From Octopus vulgaris (taxonomy: Eukaryota), in contig OX597817.1 of the NCBI GenBank assembly GCA_951406725.2, forward strand, positions 56,606,001-56,670,000: 64,000 nt of DNA. The letters run 5' to 3'. Positions 16,201-33,053 of the stretch are shown here, piece by piece; position 1 is the first letter of the stretch; every line of letters starts with the position of its first letter. The notes below the pieces were generated by a model that ran no database searches, was not told where the DNA came from, and saw only the letters and a list, made by a program, of their open reading frames with translations. The position numbers were made by a program, and so were the translations under genes.

Positions 16201-17015
16201 ACATACATACATACATACGTACGTACGTACGTACATATATACATATATACATGCATACATATATACATGCATACATACATACATACATACATACATACAT
16301 ACATACATACATACATACATACATACATGTAATTGTTCAGTTTAATTTCAAGACTTCTTGCCAATAGAGAAAGAGCTAGTTTCTAACCTAGATCCAAGGT
16401 TCCTTCATTGGAATTTCAACATCAACAACAGGGTATGTATGTATGTATGTATGTATGTATGTATGTATGTATGTATGTATGTATGTATGTATGCGTAGCT
16501 TTATCCTCCTTACATCCGTAAACACGTTAAACATCTTTCAACTTAATGCCTCCCCTCTAACAATTTCTTTCCATCCTCTCCACCTAAGCCATAGCTGTCT
16601 TCCTTTAACCTCTTCCTCCTCAATCTCCTTTCCATTGTCTTAGCCCTTTCCATCGAATTTTCCTACGATAATCAACAATCTATCACTATACTTCTATACA
16701 TTAATCCATATTGTACGTTGCGCTTCCATCTTCCTTATAAGACTTACACACTTTCTGCCACAATTCCTCTTCCTTATCCCATCCAATCGCCATTTTCTCC
16801 ATACAAACTGACCCTATCTAAGCAGTTTACTTATTGACATAACTTTATATCACTAACACGCAAGAACCTGCACTTCCACACATGTACTTTTAGATGTACA
16901 TGTATGCATATTTTTATATATATACAATTATATATATGCACATACATATATTTTTAGATATATAAAAACACACACCTGCACACGCACATTCAAAACGTCT
17001 GTGGGCGTACTTGTT

Positions 17016-17063
<48 letters not shown>

Positions 17064-17476
17064 AATATGTGCGTATCGATATATATATACACACATATAT
17101 ATATGTGTGTGTATAAATTCCAACTCTAGCTTTGTTCTTCTCTTATATCTCCTTTCTTTTTTAATCCTCTTCCTATTCCTCAACCATTTCTTCTCATTGC
17201 TTTCCCTTCTTTTTCTTTTCCTCTATTATCTTTTATTTATAATTTACATTTTATTTTAAATTTTATTTCATTTTTTTTCTCATTATTTATTTATTTTTTA
17301 TACGTTGCATTTTTCACTTTCTCTACTAGTTATCTACGGCTTAAACGATTTGTTTTTAGACATAATTGTCGTTTTGAAAACTCTGCAGATAAACGTGTTT
17401 GTGTAGAATATATGCTTATGTAAGCACAGACTCGTGTACATACATACATATATACATACATACATACATACATACA

Positions 17477-17508
<32 letters not shown>

Positions 17509-17590
17509 CATACACACATATATATACATTCGTACCTGCACGTGAATGTGGTTGTATGATCATGCATCAGTACGCATAGGTTCTGTATGT

Positions 17591-17669
<79 letters not shown>

Positions 17670-17766
17670 CACACACACATACACACACACATACATACAC
17701 ATATATATATGTACATATATACACGATACATGCATGCAGATGTGTATGTTAGAACATATATATACG

Positions 17767-17826
<60 letters not shown>

Positions 17827-18192
17827 CAGATATATATATGATATTATTTTCCGTGTACTTTAAATACGTTTCAATATTTTTCATGAACCACATTTTTTAT
17901 AGAATTCAACTTTTCTCACTTCATTCCCTTAGTTTTAACTCAACTCTCTCTCTCTCTTTTACTCCCTCTCTCTCTGGGTTTCTCTCTTTCTCTCTCACGC
18001 TCTCTCCCTCTGTAGCAGACATTATTATATGTATGCATGTATATATATATGGATGTGTGTATATATATATATATGTATATATACATATACATATATATAT
18101 ATATATGTATATATATATACATATATATATGTGTGTGTGTATATATATGCATAAGAGTGTGATTTTTTGCTGCTTTTTGATAAAGTATATAT

Positions 18193-18224
<32 letters not shown>

Positions 18225-18484
18225 GTGTGTGTGTGTGTGTTTGTGTAGATATATGTGTGTATGTATGTTTATACAATGTACAACAATATGTAAGCATATA
18301 CATGATGTTATATACAAGCCAATAAACAAGTATACACACACACACAAATATACATATATGGGTAGATAAATAAACACATACATACATATAAATATCTATA
18401 TACATATATATCTATATAAGCATGTACACACACATACACGTACACACACACACATGCATTTATATATATATATATATTTATTTA

Positions 18485-18530
<46 letters not shown>

Positions 18531-18917
18531 CGCATAAATACGGCTGTATTCTACATGAAACGTATACGGATACGTGTGTACCTGCCTATGTTCATGCATA
18601 TTTACTTAAGTCAGATAAGTCGAACTGTGGGCGTTTTATGCACAAACGTATTTGAACTGAAAAAGCCCTCAATACACAACGGTAAGCGAATGGAGCTTTT
18701 GGAAAATAAAAAAAACGATAACACAGTGACTTGGAAGGTTCGTCATCAATCGACCACGTTAGATTAGTGTGTGCGTGTGCGTGTGCTTGTGTGTGGTGGG
18801 GATGTAAAATATACTGAGATTGATTCTTCAAGGCGGTGCCCCAGCATGGCCACGGCCTAATGTCGTCTGAAGCAAGTAAGTGAAAGAAGATAAGCGGTCA
18901 AAAGTATAACTTCTCTA

Positions 18918-19353
18918 GATGCAAGTGTAGCTGTGTGGTAAGACTTCCCAATCACATGGTTCTGGGTTCAGTCTCAATGTGTGAAGCAGGTGTCTTCTGC
19001 TATAGCCTCGGGCCGACCAAAGCCTTGTGAGTGAATTTAGTAAATGGAAACTAAAAGAAACCCGTCATATATATATATGTGTGTGTGTGTACGTGTGTGT
19101 ACATGTGTGTATATGCGTGCATGTGTTTATGTATATGTACATGTATGTGTGTGTGTGTATACACCTGTGTGTGTACGTGCGTGCATGTGTTTACGTGTAT
19201 GTATATGTACATGTGAGTGCGTGCTTGTGTACACATGTGTGTGTATGCGTGCATGTGTTTATGCATATGTATGTGTATATGTACTTGCATATGTGAGTGT
19301 GTGTGTACATGTGTGTGCGCGTGCATGCATGTATTTACGTATATGTACATGCT

Positions 19354-19390
<37 letters not shown>
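18918..19390 (+). mobile_element. SINE family B head plus expanded internal microsatellite (a tail fragment lies at 18826-18890)
   Basis: gtagctgtgtggtaag..ttctgggttcagtc..tatagcctcgggccgaccaaagccttgtgagtg..gaaacccgtc. Confidence 0.85.
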
Positions 19391-19393
<3 letters not shown>

Positions 19394-19782
19394 AAAAGCT
19401 ACAGGCATCCGTGGATCAGGTAAACGTGCTAAATATGGCGACCAATTAAACATCTCCCCCATATAGTTCAAGTCGGCCATATTTGTCGCGTGTTACTTTC
19501 TGCTAAACACACTACGCGGAGAGAGACAGCAACTTACAGCTGGAATGATATTGCTTTTTAATTTGAACGTGGTTAAATTAATTTGCATATTGGTATAAAA
19601 GATACTATTTTGACATCGGATTCAACACGAAAAGTACACAGATTGAATACACTGAAGTATTTGTAAAAGATATAAATAGCGAAGTAAGGGGGGGGGAATT
19701 ACTGCGATAGCTTATCTCAAGGTTCAGACTGAAGAAATCGGTTTAACTTTATTGTATTGTGTGTAAATGTGTGTGTGTGTGT

Positions 19783-19940
19783 GTGTGTAGGTATGTGATT
19801 CTATGTAAATCTATAAGTATATGTATGTGTGGAGGCGTGTGTGTGTGTGTAGGTATGTGATTCTGCGTAAATCTATATGTACATGTGTGTGTGGGGGCGT
19901 GTATGTGTAGGTATGTGATTCTACGTAAATCTACATGTAC
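19783..19940. repeat. Three-copy minisatellite, unit about 60 bp
   Basis: gtgtaggtatgtgattct(a/g)(t/c)gtaaatcta recurs three times. Confidence 0.85.
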
Positions 19941-19974
19941 ATGTCTGTGTGTGTACTTGTATGTGTGTGTTTGT

Positions 19975-20016
<42 letters not shown>

Positions 20017-20138
20017 CATTTGAAACAAATTCTATTTCAAAATGTATCTTTGCTCCTAATCAAACTGAGTGTCTGTTTGTCTGTTTATCTATATGCCTAG
20101 TGATAGACAGACGGACAGACAGACATACATACATACAT

Positions 20139-20247
<109 letters not shown>

Positions 20248-20421
20248 AGTGTTATATTTGCAGCGTCAAAAATTGCGGATTGGTTTGTCAGCGAGCAGTT
20301 TAGCTTCACCGTAAAGCACATAGCCTGAGTCATAAAAGGATGTGTGTTCGAGTCTCATGACTTGTTGACAAATATTTTCTCGCTTTCTAATGGTAATTTA
20401 CCCAATATTTCTGCTGCTTAA

Positions 20422-20638
20422 GGCGGCGGGTTGGCAGAAACGTTAGCACACCGGGCGAAATGCTTAGCAGTATTTCGTCTGTCTATACGTTCTGAGTTCA
20501 ATTCCACCAAGGTCAAATTTTCTTTTCATCCTTTCGGGGTCGATAAATTAAGTACTAGTTGCGTTCTGGGGTCGATCTAATCGACTGTCCCCCTCCACAA
20601 AAATTTCACGCCTTGTGCCTAGAGTAGAAAATAATATT
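20422..20638 (+). mobile_element. SINE family A, full length
   Basis: ggcggcgggttggcagaaacgttagc..gagttcaa..tttcatcctttcggggtcgataaattaagtac..gccttgtgcctagagtagaaa. Confidence 0.9.
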
Positions 20639-20751
20639 CCTGGTGTTCTAACGGCGTTTCTGCGTTCGAAAATGAATTATTATCTTATTTCCATCTTACG
20701 ACACACATTTCGACGCTTATAGAAAAACAGATGTTAGTTTGATTATACATA

Positions 20752-20815
<64 letters not shown>

Positions 20816-20896
20816 ATAAATATATATGCATACATTCAAACATATATGTACGTACCTACATCTACATGTATATATACATGCATATATAAATATATA

Positions 20897-21218
20897 TACG
20901 TAAGTAAAGGACATCACAACTAGACGTGTGCAGTTTTATTGTTACGTCCTGTTTGTGTTACATTTTTTTCTTGCTTGTTTTTACCCCTCTGCGAGGTAAT
21001 TTTATTTTAATTCTCTCGCAGGAAGGCCTAGTTTTGACGAGTCGTATCCTGTCTTGTCTTCGAAACACGCTTGAGTCTAACTAGCGACAGCTGATGATTG
21101 GGGATTTTTCCTTGTGTAGTATGTCCTGTACTTTGTTTTTCTGTTGTAAAAAAATGGCTTTTCCGTTTTCGTTTCTCGTTGAGTTCTACGTCTAGTTGTG
21201 GTGACCTGTACTCACGTA
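20897..21218 (+). mobile_element. Family Y cassette with about 30-bp terminal inversion
   Basis: tacgtaagtaaaggacatcacaactagacgt / acgtctagttgtggtgacctgtactcacgta; internal ctagtt-ttgacga..gaaa..gtc-taactag followed by gacag-ctgatga. Confidence 0.6.
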
Positions 21219-21381
21219 CATATATTTATATATGCATGTATATATACATGTAGATGTAGGTACGTACATATATGTTTGTATGTATGCATATATTTTATTT
21301 TTTACGCTATTGTCTGACAGTGCCTTCGTGTCGGGTTCGTTTCGATTCGTCGCTTCGTTCCGTTTCTTATACTCCCAGTAC

Positions 21382-22316
<935 letters not shown>

Positions 22317-22492
22317 TATATATATATATATATATGAATATATATATATACATATACATACATATATATATATATATCTTTTTTATATATATATATACAT
22401 ATATATAGATATATATATATACATATATACATACATATATATCTTTATATATATATATGTGTGTATACATATAAATCTTTATGTAAATATAT

Positions 22493-22526
<34 letters not shown>

Positions 22527-23137
22527 AAAACATTGCACCCTTCCTTCCCTCAATCAACATCACCATATTCACCACTCCATTCATTTCTCTCTATCATCCA
22601 AGTCTCTTTCGCTCGCTCCTCTCTCTCCCTCTCTCTCTCTCTCTCCAAAGAGAAAACCAGCAAAGTAAATAGGAATTTAACTTTAAACTACATAACCTCT
22701 GCATATTCTCTCATTTGTTCGCCCCTCCACCACCACCATTACCACCACTACCACCGCCGGCGCCTCCGCCATTCTACATTATCTTGCTCATCGTCTTATG
22801 TTTCCTTATTGAGAGCCATTGCCGCCATTTTTTCTTACTATTGTTGTCATTGACGACGATGACGACTGCGACACCGAACGACGACGACGACGATGATGAC
22901 GACGACAGCAACGAAGATGAGGATGACGAGTTGCAGGAAAAGAAGTGGTGGGGGGAGAGGATCTTCTCTTTTGATCATACGTTATTGTTTTCTATATTTT
23001 TGTATTATATTTTTGATTAAGTCTTTTATTTTTCTTATCTATACATATTAATAATCTAAGATATACCTACACACTCATATGTAACCGTCCCTATGTTTGC
23101 CAGTACACTTGTAAACGAAAATATACAAACACGTACG

Positions 23138-23182
<45 letters not shown>

Positions 23183-23371
23183 ATGTATGTGTGTGTGTGT
23201 GTGTACATATACATATATGCATAATACATACATATATATTAATATATTTATTCATATATTTATTTATACACATATATATATCGTCGCATACATATGCATG
23301 TACCTTTGTACGAACGTACACACAAACACACGCACATGCACACACACATACACATACACACGCACACACAC

Positions 23372-23440
<69 letters not shown>

Positions 23441-23477
23441 CAGACAGGCAGGCGGACAGACAGAAAGACAGACAGGT

Positions 23478-23525
<48 letters not shown>

Positions 23526-24141
23526 TTATATATATGTGTACGTTCATATAGATATACATGCATAAGTATGCAACGATATATATATATGTATATCTATATG
23601 CATGTATGTATGTATGGATCAACGTATGTATGCACACATGTACACAGTTAAATAGGTTACAGTAACAGCGCATGCATCCGCTGGTACAGATATATATATA
23701 TATGAATGGTTATATACATATACATAAGTATGTATATGTATATTCATATACACACATATATATGTGTACGTGTGTGTGCGTGTTAGTGTGTGCGTGTAAG
23801 CATGTATGTCTGCAGCTAAATAGGATACAATAATTGCGGATGTATGTGTATTGATATATAAGCAAAATTACGCATAATTCTCGCAAAATTCAACAAGGCA
23901 AATAGTACACACACAATTACACACACAACACACGAACACACACACTCTCTCTCACCCTATCCTTTTCTTTCTTTCACTTACACACACGTGCACCCAAACA
24001 TACTGATGTATGTGTAAGTATATGCTTTCACGCAGAGGCGTATATATGTGCATACATATATACATGCATTTTTATGCATATATATGTGTGTGTGTGTGAG
24101 CGTGTGTGCGTATGTACTATGTGCTTTATTTAACTAGGTGA

Positions 24142-24222
<81 letters not shown>

Positions 24223-24258
24223 TCTACATATATATATATATATATATACATGTATGTA

Positions 24259-24339
<81 letters not shown>

Positions 24340-24406
24340 TAGTTTACATACATATGTGTGTTTGAATGGGTATATATGTGTGTAAAACATTCCCATATAT
24401 ACATTC

Positions 24407-24462
<56 letters not shown>

Positions 24463-24484
24463 CTTTCCCATATGCATATATATT

Positions 24485-24535
<51 letters not shown>

Positions 24536-25323
24536 ATATTTATACAAGCACACTGACACAGGCACACACGCACACACACGGACGCACATACGCACGCACT
24601 CGCACACATACACATGCATATACAGGCCTGTATATTTTCTGCTTATTTTGTAGTTTCGCATGATTTATGGTAGAAAGTATTTCCGTGCACGAGTGTGTAT
24701 GCACTTGTGTAAGCATGTGTGTAAATTAGTATGTGTATTGATACATGTATGTAGTGTGTACGCGTTTATATAAAAACGTGTGCGTGTGTGGGTGTGTGTG
24801 AGAGTGTGGTGTGTATGTGGTTATGTATGTATCGATATGTGTGTATGTATGATTAAACCCCACCCCCAAATTGAGTTCTTTATACCAATATTAAATCAAC
24901 TAAATCGCTGCTATTTTCTATTTTTGACTATACGGATATATACATACACATATGTGTGTGTGTGTGTGGCTGTTGTGGGTGTGTGTTTGGAAGGACCAAT
25001 ATGTATGTAAGAAACTATAAATGACATAGGTATGTGTGGGTATCTAAAAATATTTATTTGTAAATTTATCCGTATACACATACACATTCATGCATATATA
25101 TGTATGTATACACACAAACACCCACACACACATATACGCACACATATATGTATATGTATGTCTGTATGTATGTATGTGTGTATGTATGTATATCCATATA
25201 TACATTTATATTTGTATATATAAGCATATTTATGCATGAATCGATACAACTAAATTTCTATGCATGTATATTTGTTTATCGTACCCTATCTACGCTTACT
25301 TCAATTCCCCAGATTTCTACTTG

Positions 25324-25405
<82 letters not shown>

Positions 25406-25431
25406 CATACACACATGCATACATACATACA

Positions 25432-25465
<34 letters not shown>

Positions 25466-25479
25466 CATACATACATATA

Positions 25480-25617
25480 GGCGCATGTTGTAAGAAGCTT
25501 TGTTCCCAACGACATGGTTCTGGGTTCAGTCCCACAGCTTGGCACCTTTCTCTTATATCCTCGGGCTGACCAAAGCCTCGCGAGTGGATTTGGTAGACGG
25601 AGGGTGAAAGGAGCCTG

Positions 25618-25709
<92 letters not shown>

Positions 25710-25920
25710 TTGTGTGTTTATGTTTGTACACCCAACCATTACTTGGCAACCGATGTTGGTGTGTTAACGTCCCCGTAAATTAACGGTTCGGCAAAGGAGA
25801 CCGACAGAATAAGTACTAGGCTTACATAGAATAAGTCATGGGGTTGATCAGTTCGACTAAAGGTGGTGCCCCAGCACGGCCGCAGTCACATGATTGAAAC
25901 AAAGTAAAGAATGAAAGAAT
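25480..25920 (+). mobile_element. SINE family B, full length with internal (TG)n
   Basis: Head, internal microsatellite and tail ttcgactaaaggtggtgccccagcacggccgcagtc..gaaacaaagtaaagaa. Confidence 0.9.
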
Positions 25921-26021
25921 ATATATATATACATACATATATGGAGATATATATATATATATTTACATATATATTTACATACGTACATAAATATATATAT
26001 ATAAATATATATACACACACA

Positions 26022-26149
26022 GGCGTGGCTGTGTGGTAAGAAGTTTGCCTCCTAGCCCCATTGTTCTGGATTCAATTCCTTTGCATGGTACCTTGAGTTA
26101 GTATCTTCTGGTATAGGCCTCGGGCCGACCAAAACCTTATCAATGAATT

Positions 26150-26150
<1 letters not shown>
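26022..26150 (+). mobile_element. SINE family B head
   Basis: ggcgtggctgtgtggtaagaagtttgc..gcctcgggccgaccaaaacctt. Confidence 0.8.
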
Positions 26151-26189
<39 letters not shown>

Positions 26190-26422
26190 GTTTTCATTGA
26201 CTTTGCATCTGAGCCCTTTCCCTCTAACCAACTGCAGTTTCTGTCCCGCATCCTTCTCAGACCCTTACTTCCTTCTTCTCATCCCTTTCTGTATGTAGGA
26301 CACCCTTCATTGCACTCATTGCTCATCATTGCACTACGATGTTGGAATCGTTGCAAACAGGAATCTCTGTGGAACAATTATTTAACTGAAATATAGACAC
26401 ATACTCAAATACACACACTGAA

Positions 26423-26631
<209 letters not shown>

Positions 26632-27022
26632 GAGGGAGAGATGAGAATATATAGATGGATTGATTGATGCTGAAAGTGGTGGGCGTAGGTTTGTAAAACT
26701 CTTTCCTAGCAAAATGCAAAGAAGTCACAAGAAAATCTTATAAATGGGCAAAAAAAAAAAAAGGAAAGATTCAACTATTCTCTCGCCATATTGTTAATGT
26801 AACATACACACGCACACATATATGCGCATATGTGTGTGTGTGTGTGTGTATACGCATATATGTAAGCATCGATATATCGGAATATGTGTATGCATATATC
26901 TATGAATAAATATATTAGTAGGTATTTAGACAGATTTTTCTATATATATATATATAAACATACATACATACATACGTATATATACATACATAGATATGTT
27001 TGTATATATAATATATATATTA

Positions 27023-27089
<67 letters not shown>

Positions 27090-27199
27090 TATATATATAA
27101 TAATAATATATATATATATATATATAATAATAATAATAGATAGATATAGATATAGATATACATATATATGTATATGTATGTAAGTATGTATGTATATAT

Positions 27200-27269
<70 letters not shown>

Positions 27270-27440
27270 CTGTATGTATATATATACATATATATATGCC
27301 AAAATTCAATTAATTTCTGTAAGAAAATTGATGAATAATAAATAACAGAAGAATTATTTGGGAATTGTTTTCTATTCCGATTATTTCTGGTGCTATTGCA
27401 TTTATCAAAATTATTATTATCACTAACATGATTATTATTA

Positions 27441-27510
<70 letters not shown>

Positions 27511-27551
27511 TATCATTATTATATTTTTAATATCATTTTTGCCATTAATAC

Positions 27552-27623
<72 letters not shown>

Positions 27624-27824
27624 CATCATCATTATTATTATTATGATTGCGTGTTGCTGTTGTTGCTGTTGTTGTCATCATTACCAGCAGCATCAGCAAC
27701 GGCTGTATTAGTTTCAATATCAATGTTTTCTGTTTGACTTCTTACACGCCTATCAATTCTTAAACTTTCTTGTGATTTTTATGTGGAAATTTATAACTCT
27801 TGACAGAATGCCAAAAACAATATC

Positions 27825-27954
<130 letters not shown>

Positions 27955-27967
27955 CTATGTATATATA

Positions 27968-28140
27968 GGCGCAGTAGTGGCTGTGTGGTAAGAAGCTTGC
28001 TTACCAACCACATGGTTTCGGGTTCAGTCCCACTGCGTGGCACATTAGGCAAGAGTCTTCTATAATAGCCTCGAGTTGACCAAAGCCTTGTGAGTGGATT
28101 TTGGTGGACGGAAACTGAAAGAAGCCCGTCGTATATGTAC

Positions 28141-28190
<50 letters not shown>

Positions 28191-28385
28191 TTGTCCCATC
28201 CACCATCGCTTCACAACTGATGTTGGTGTGTTTACGACCCCGTAAATTAGAGTTCCGGCAAAAGCGACCGATAGAATAAGTACTAGGACTACAAAGAAGA
28301 AATCCAGGGGTTGATTTGTTCGACTAAAGGCGGTGCTCCAGCATGGCCGCCGTCAAATTACTGAAACAAGTAAAAGAGTAAACGA
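27968..28385 (+). mobile_element. SINE family B, full length
   Basis: ggcgcagtagtggctgtgtggtaagaagcttgc (A box), ggttcagtccc (B box), internal (TA)(TG), tail ..cagcatggccgc..gaaacaagtaaaagag. Confidence 0.9.
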
Positions 28386-28785
28386 GAATATTCTCCCAGG
28401 AAAAAGCAACGCGGTATGGGATTCACATCAAATGCAGTTTAAACAAAAGCTATTTGGTGTAACTGCAAAACAGGAACAAGAACATTTTCCCTTTCAGGAA
28501 AAAGTCCATCTGGATTAATTCAGGTTGAAAAACCTCACAATCTCCCGAATTTTTCTGTCCCATCACAGACATCACTATATCTCCGCCACTTCTATTTGTT
28601 GACATTATTTACGAAGCCTATTCAAAAGAGACGCCTTCAGCCTCCTCTTTCACCCGTCTTTCCTTAAAAACACTACATTATAACTCTTAAAATGTTTTAG
28701 AGAAATTAGAGCCACGACTGAAAGTTACGCCGTTTCGTATACGAATACGTCCATGTAAACAATGCAATCGAAGATAGAAAAACAA

Positions 28786-28996
28786 GTAGTGGTGGGGTAT
28801 ATGCATATTTCTGGAGTTATTGCTCTTTCTTCAGTATTACATCCAACCCTTAGCTATCCTCGGACACATTGCTTAAATAGCCACTAAGTTTAGTGATTTA
28901 ACACAATTGGATAAACCAACTGGATGGTTAATGGTTTGGATTTGGAACTGAAGAAGTAGCAATAACTCCCGAAATATATATATATACACCCATTAC
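28786..28996. repeat. Fold-back cassette, both arms with an HHR-like core
   Basis: Arms about 28786-28860 and 28922-28996; plus strand ctgaaga-agtagcaataactccc-gaaa-tatata; minus strand ctgaaga-aagagcaataactcca-gaaa-tatgcata-t; stem I decayed. Confidence 0.65.
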
Positions 28997-29021
28997 CTAT
29001 CTTTTTCTATCTTCGATAGCA

Positions 29022-29464
29022 TTGGAGTAAAGATTTTTGCCAACATAACATGGCAGTCCTGATTTAGGACGAATGCTGCTGTAATTTAGCCCCTGGAGAC
29101 ATCGTCTCCAGCTGGCTATATGACATGATCTGTGTCCTTATATTTTCAAACAAGGGAATCTAACACCCCCACTTAGCTCAAAACAATATCTGTGAATCTC
29201 GATTTCCGGGTTATTTCCCTTCGCGATACAACGCGATACACTGATAGTGTTTTGAGCTGAGTGGGGGTGCTAGATTCCCTTGTACGAAAATATAAGAACA
29301 CATATCGTGTCGTAGAGCCAGCTGGAGACGATGTCTCCTGGGGCTAAATTATAGCAACATTCGTCCTAAACCAGGACTGCCATGTTATGTTGGCAAACAA
29401 TCTTTACTCCAAAGTACTGTTGCTGAATATCTCTCATTGTGAGGTTTAAAAATAGTAGTTTTCT
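29022..29464. mobile_element. Family X, asymmetric inverted pair (about 170-bp arms)
   Basis: 29022-29190 is the inverse of 29243-29412; the right arm extends about 50 bp further and matches 1551-1600. Confidence 0.85.
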
Positions 29465-29699
29465 AATTCGGTCGCATTATTTACATAGACGTATTCATAT
29501 AGGAAACGTTGTAACTTTTTTCAGTGTTGGCTTTGAATTTTATAGAAAATCTATAGAGAAACTTAAAAGTGATTACATCGCACTGCTAACACAGAAAGTA
29601 GGACACAGTATTAGCTTATAGACATTTAATACACTTAGTAGTATATTGTGACTGCAAAACGAAATACACTGTCCCTACCAACAATTAATTCATGATAGC

Positions 29700-30520
29700 G
29701 TCTTCTTCGCTGTCCTCATGTTGCTTTCCATGTGTTATTTGAAAACGATAAGAATTTGATTGCAGAGAAAGACTCCTGTCTTCAAGTTATTAAACACGCC
29801 CGCAACACAGCTTTCTTTTTTTATCATAGCCACCAAAAAAAAAAAGGAAAACGAAGAAGGGGACAAATCTATCTACAGTAATGTTTCGGTTGAAAGCCGT
29901 ATCCATTCTATACCAGGTTGTCGTTGTTAGATAAATGCCCACAAGTTGACAATGCATTGACTCTGGACAAAAACATGCAGGGCCGTTTCGTTGAACTATT
30001 TGTATTTCGGACATGTTCAGCTTTCGACACCTGTGCATAATGAACTTATTTCAAACAGGTAACACTAGATCTGTAGCAATGACATGACAAAGAGTTTTGG
30101 AAATGTTCTCTAATAAATAACCTGAAAGTCTACAAAATGACACCTCTTGGACTGTCCTTGTCGATACCTCATGTCGTTCCCAGGCCATTGTCCTTGGAGG
30201 TCATTGTCACTGCAGGTCATTGTCTCTGACATTTTCTAACCCTGTATGAAAAGCGAGTAATATCTTTCCACCGAATGCATTGTTTTGCTGGTAGTATGCA
30301 AGGAACATTCGAGATGCCTCGTCGGTTTGCCCTTGATTCATAACTACAACTCAGTCAAAACAGATGAGATAAAGAAGACGTGTCCAGCTAGGGCCAAGTT
30401 ACCGTTGTTGTCATCGACTTCGTCGTAATCATTCTGCAGATGCTCCAACCTCAAATCGTACCTGTGCATCATCGCAGATGGTGTCTAGACCTGCAGAACC
30501 ATCGATTCTATTTAATCGAT
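29700..30520 (-). pseudogene. Highly degraded piggyBac-family transposase
   Basis: Minus-strand RNITVDRF (compare RNITxDNFF) followed by KKRKLCCGRV (compare KKLTxVGT); upstream IATDLVLP and an acidic N-terminal patch; many stops. Confidence 0.5.
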
Positions 30521-30719
30521 CACGAAAGGATAAAAATCTAATGTTGACCTCGTGAGGATAAGAATTCTGAAAGTAAAAACAAAGAACAAAACAGAAAAGC
30601 AATTTAAATGGTTGCCGCACTTCTCCGTAAAAACCGATAACATCAGAATTGAATTCTGTCTTAAGATGGCATTCGGGAATGAAACTTGGAATGAGTTTTA
30701 GTTGGAATACAATAAATAT

Positions 30720-30811
30720 CACTCGTGATGGTTAACCTAGTACGGTGACAGACTCGTTGAGTTGTCATAGCAACTGCGTGAGTTGGTTAGCTGCCGAATT
30801 TAATTAAATTT
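30720..30811 (+). repeat. Dispersed repeat Z (second copy 34184-34283) containing an RFX X-box-like palindrome
   Basis: cactcgtgat..gactcgt..gtcatagcaac..ttggttagctgcc..ttaaatt is shared by both copies. Confidence 0.7.
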
Positions 30812-30991
30812 TGACGGCCCATTGAACTTGTATCGGAGAAATAGATAAATGTGTATGTGAGAGGAAGGTGTGGGCATGTGAGGGGCATTTAGAAACGAGG
30901 GGGAAAATAATAAATATAGACGTTTATTTGAAAGTGAGGCTTTTAACCGTCGCTACACTGAATTTATATATACATGTATGCGTGTGTTTAT

Positions 30992-31086
<95 letters not shown>

Positions 31087-31180
31087 TGTATATGTATGTT
31101 TATATATATATATATATATATATGAGTGTATGTATGTATGTATGTATGTATGTATATATATATACATACATATACAGCGC

Positions 31181-31217
<37 letters not shown>

Positions 31218-31233
31218 TATATATATGTATATA

Positions 31234-31481
31234 CAGGAGGTGCACAGGTAGGTATACGGTAAATATCACCTCAATGTTACAATGATTCATTAACATAATT
31301 AGCATATTAAATTAGTTAGCCTCATTTTTGATATTTTTCAGTGTCATTAATCCTAATAATTCAATTATCATAACTATAATAACACTTTTATCATAACGTT
31401 TTATTTTTTTGATAAAAAATAAATGAGTATTGTACGTGTTTTCTTTTATCATAACTGTATACCTACTTTTACAACACCCTG
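31234..31481. mobile_element. Tc1/mariner-type MITE
   Basis: TA|caggaggtgcacaggtaggtatacggta ... taactgtatacctacttttacaacaccctg|TA. Confidence 0.7.
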
Positions 31482-31485
31482 TATC

Positions 31486-31554
<69 letters not shown>

Positions 31555-31558
31555 GTAT

Positions 31559-32407
<849 letters not shown>

Positions 32408-32654
32408 ATATCTATAGACGTGTGTGCGTATTTAAGCCAGTCATCTGCATAGCTTCCGTCAACTAAAGCTAAAACGAAGTCACTCGTCCAAAGTGCCCCT
32501 AAGTAGAATCGAAACTTGTGATCACTAAGCCAAGCTCTTTACCACGACGCCAATCTTGTTCCTATAAATACCTGTATTGCCAAATTGAAATGTTCTACTT
32601 TATAAAAGTGAAATGTGTGTCTACGTGAACATGTTTTCGTGTGTACATTTCTTC

Positions 32655-33052
32655 CTTTTTTTCTTTTTTACTTGTTTCAGTCATTTGACTGCGGCCATGC
32701 TTGAGCACCGCCTTTAGTCGAGCAGATCGACCCCGGGACTTATTCTTAGTAAGCCCAGTACTTATTCTATCGGTCTCTTTTTACCGAACAGCTAAGTGAC
32801 GGGGACATAAACACACGAGCATCAGTTGTCAAGCAATGCTAGGGGGACAAACACAGACACACAAACATATACACACACATACATATATACGACAGGCTTC
32901 TTTCAGTTTCCGTCTACCAAATTCACTCACAAGGCATTGGTCGGCCCGGGGCTATAGCAGAAGACACTTGCCCAAGATGCCACGCAGTGGGACTGAACCT
33001 GGAACCATGTGGTTGGTTAGCAAGCTACTTACCACACAACCACTCCTACGCC
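32655..33052 (-). mobile_element. SINE family B, full length
   Basis: Reverse complement of the 27968-28385 sequence. Confidence 0.9.
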
Positions 33053-33053
33053 T

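Noticed and set aside
16330-16433. Minus-strand atgaagg-aacct..aggtt-agaaa-ctag
   Set aside because: Core deviates at several invariant positions
20290-20365. tRNA-like A/B boxes (also ggttcgagtc near 52440)
   Set aside because: No complete cloverleaf; more likely decayed SINE heads
22715-23020. Poly-Pro, hydrophobic and poly-Asp ORF resembling a membrane protein
   Set aside because: Built from (CAC)n and (GAC/GAT)n repeats; no true ATG start or recognisable domain
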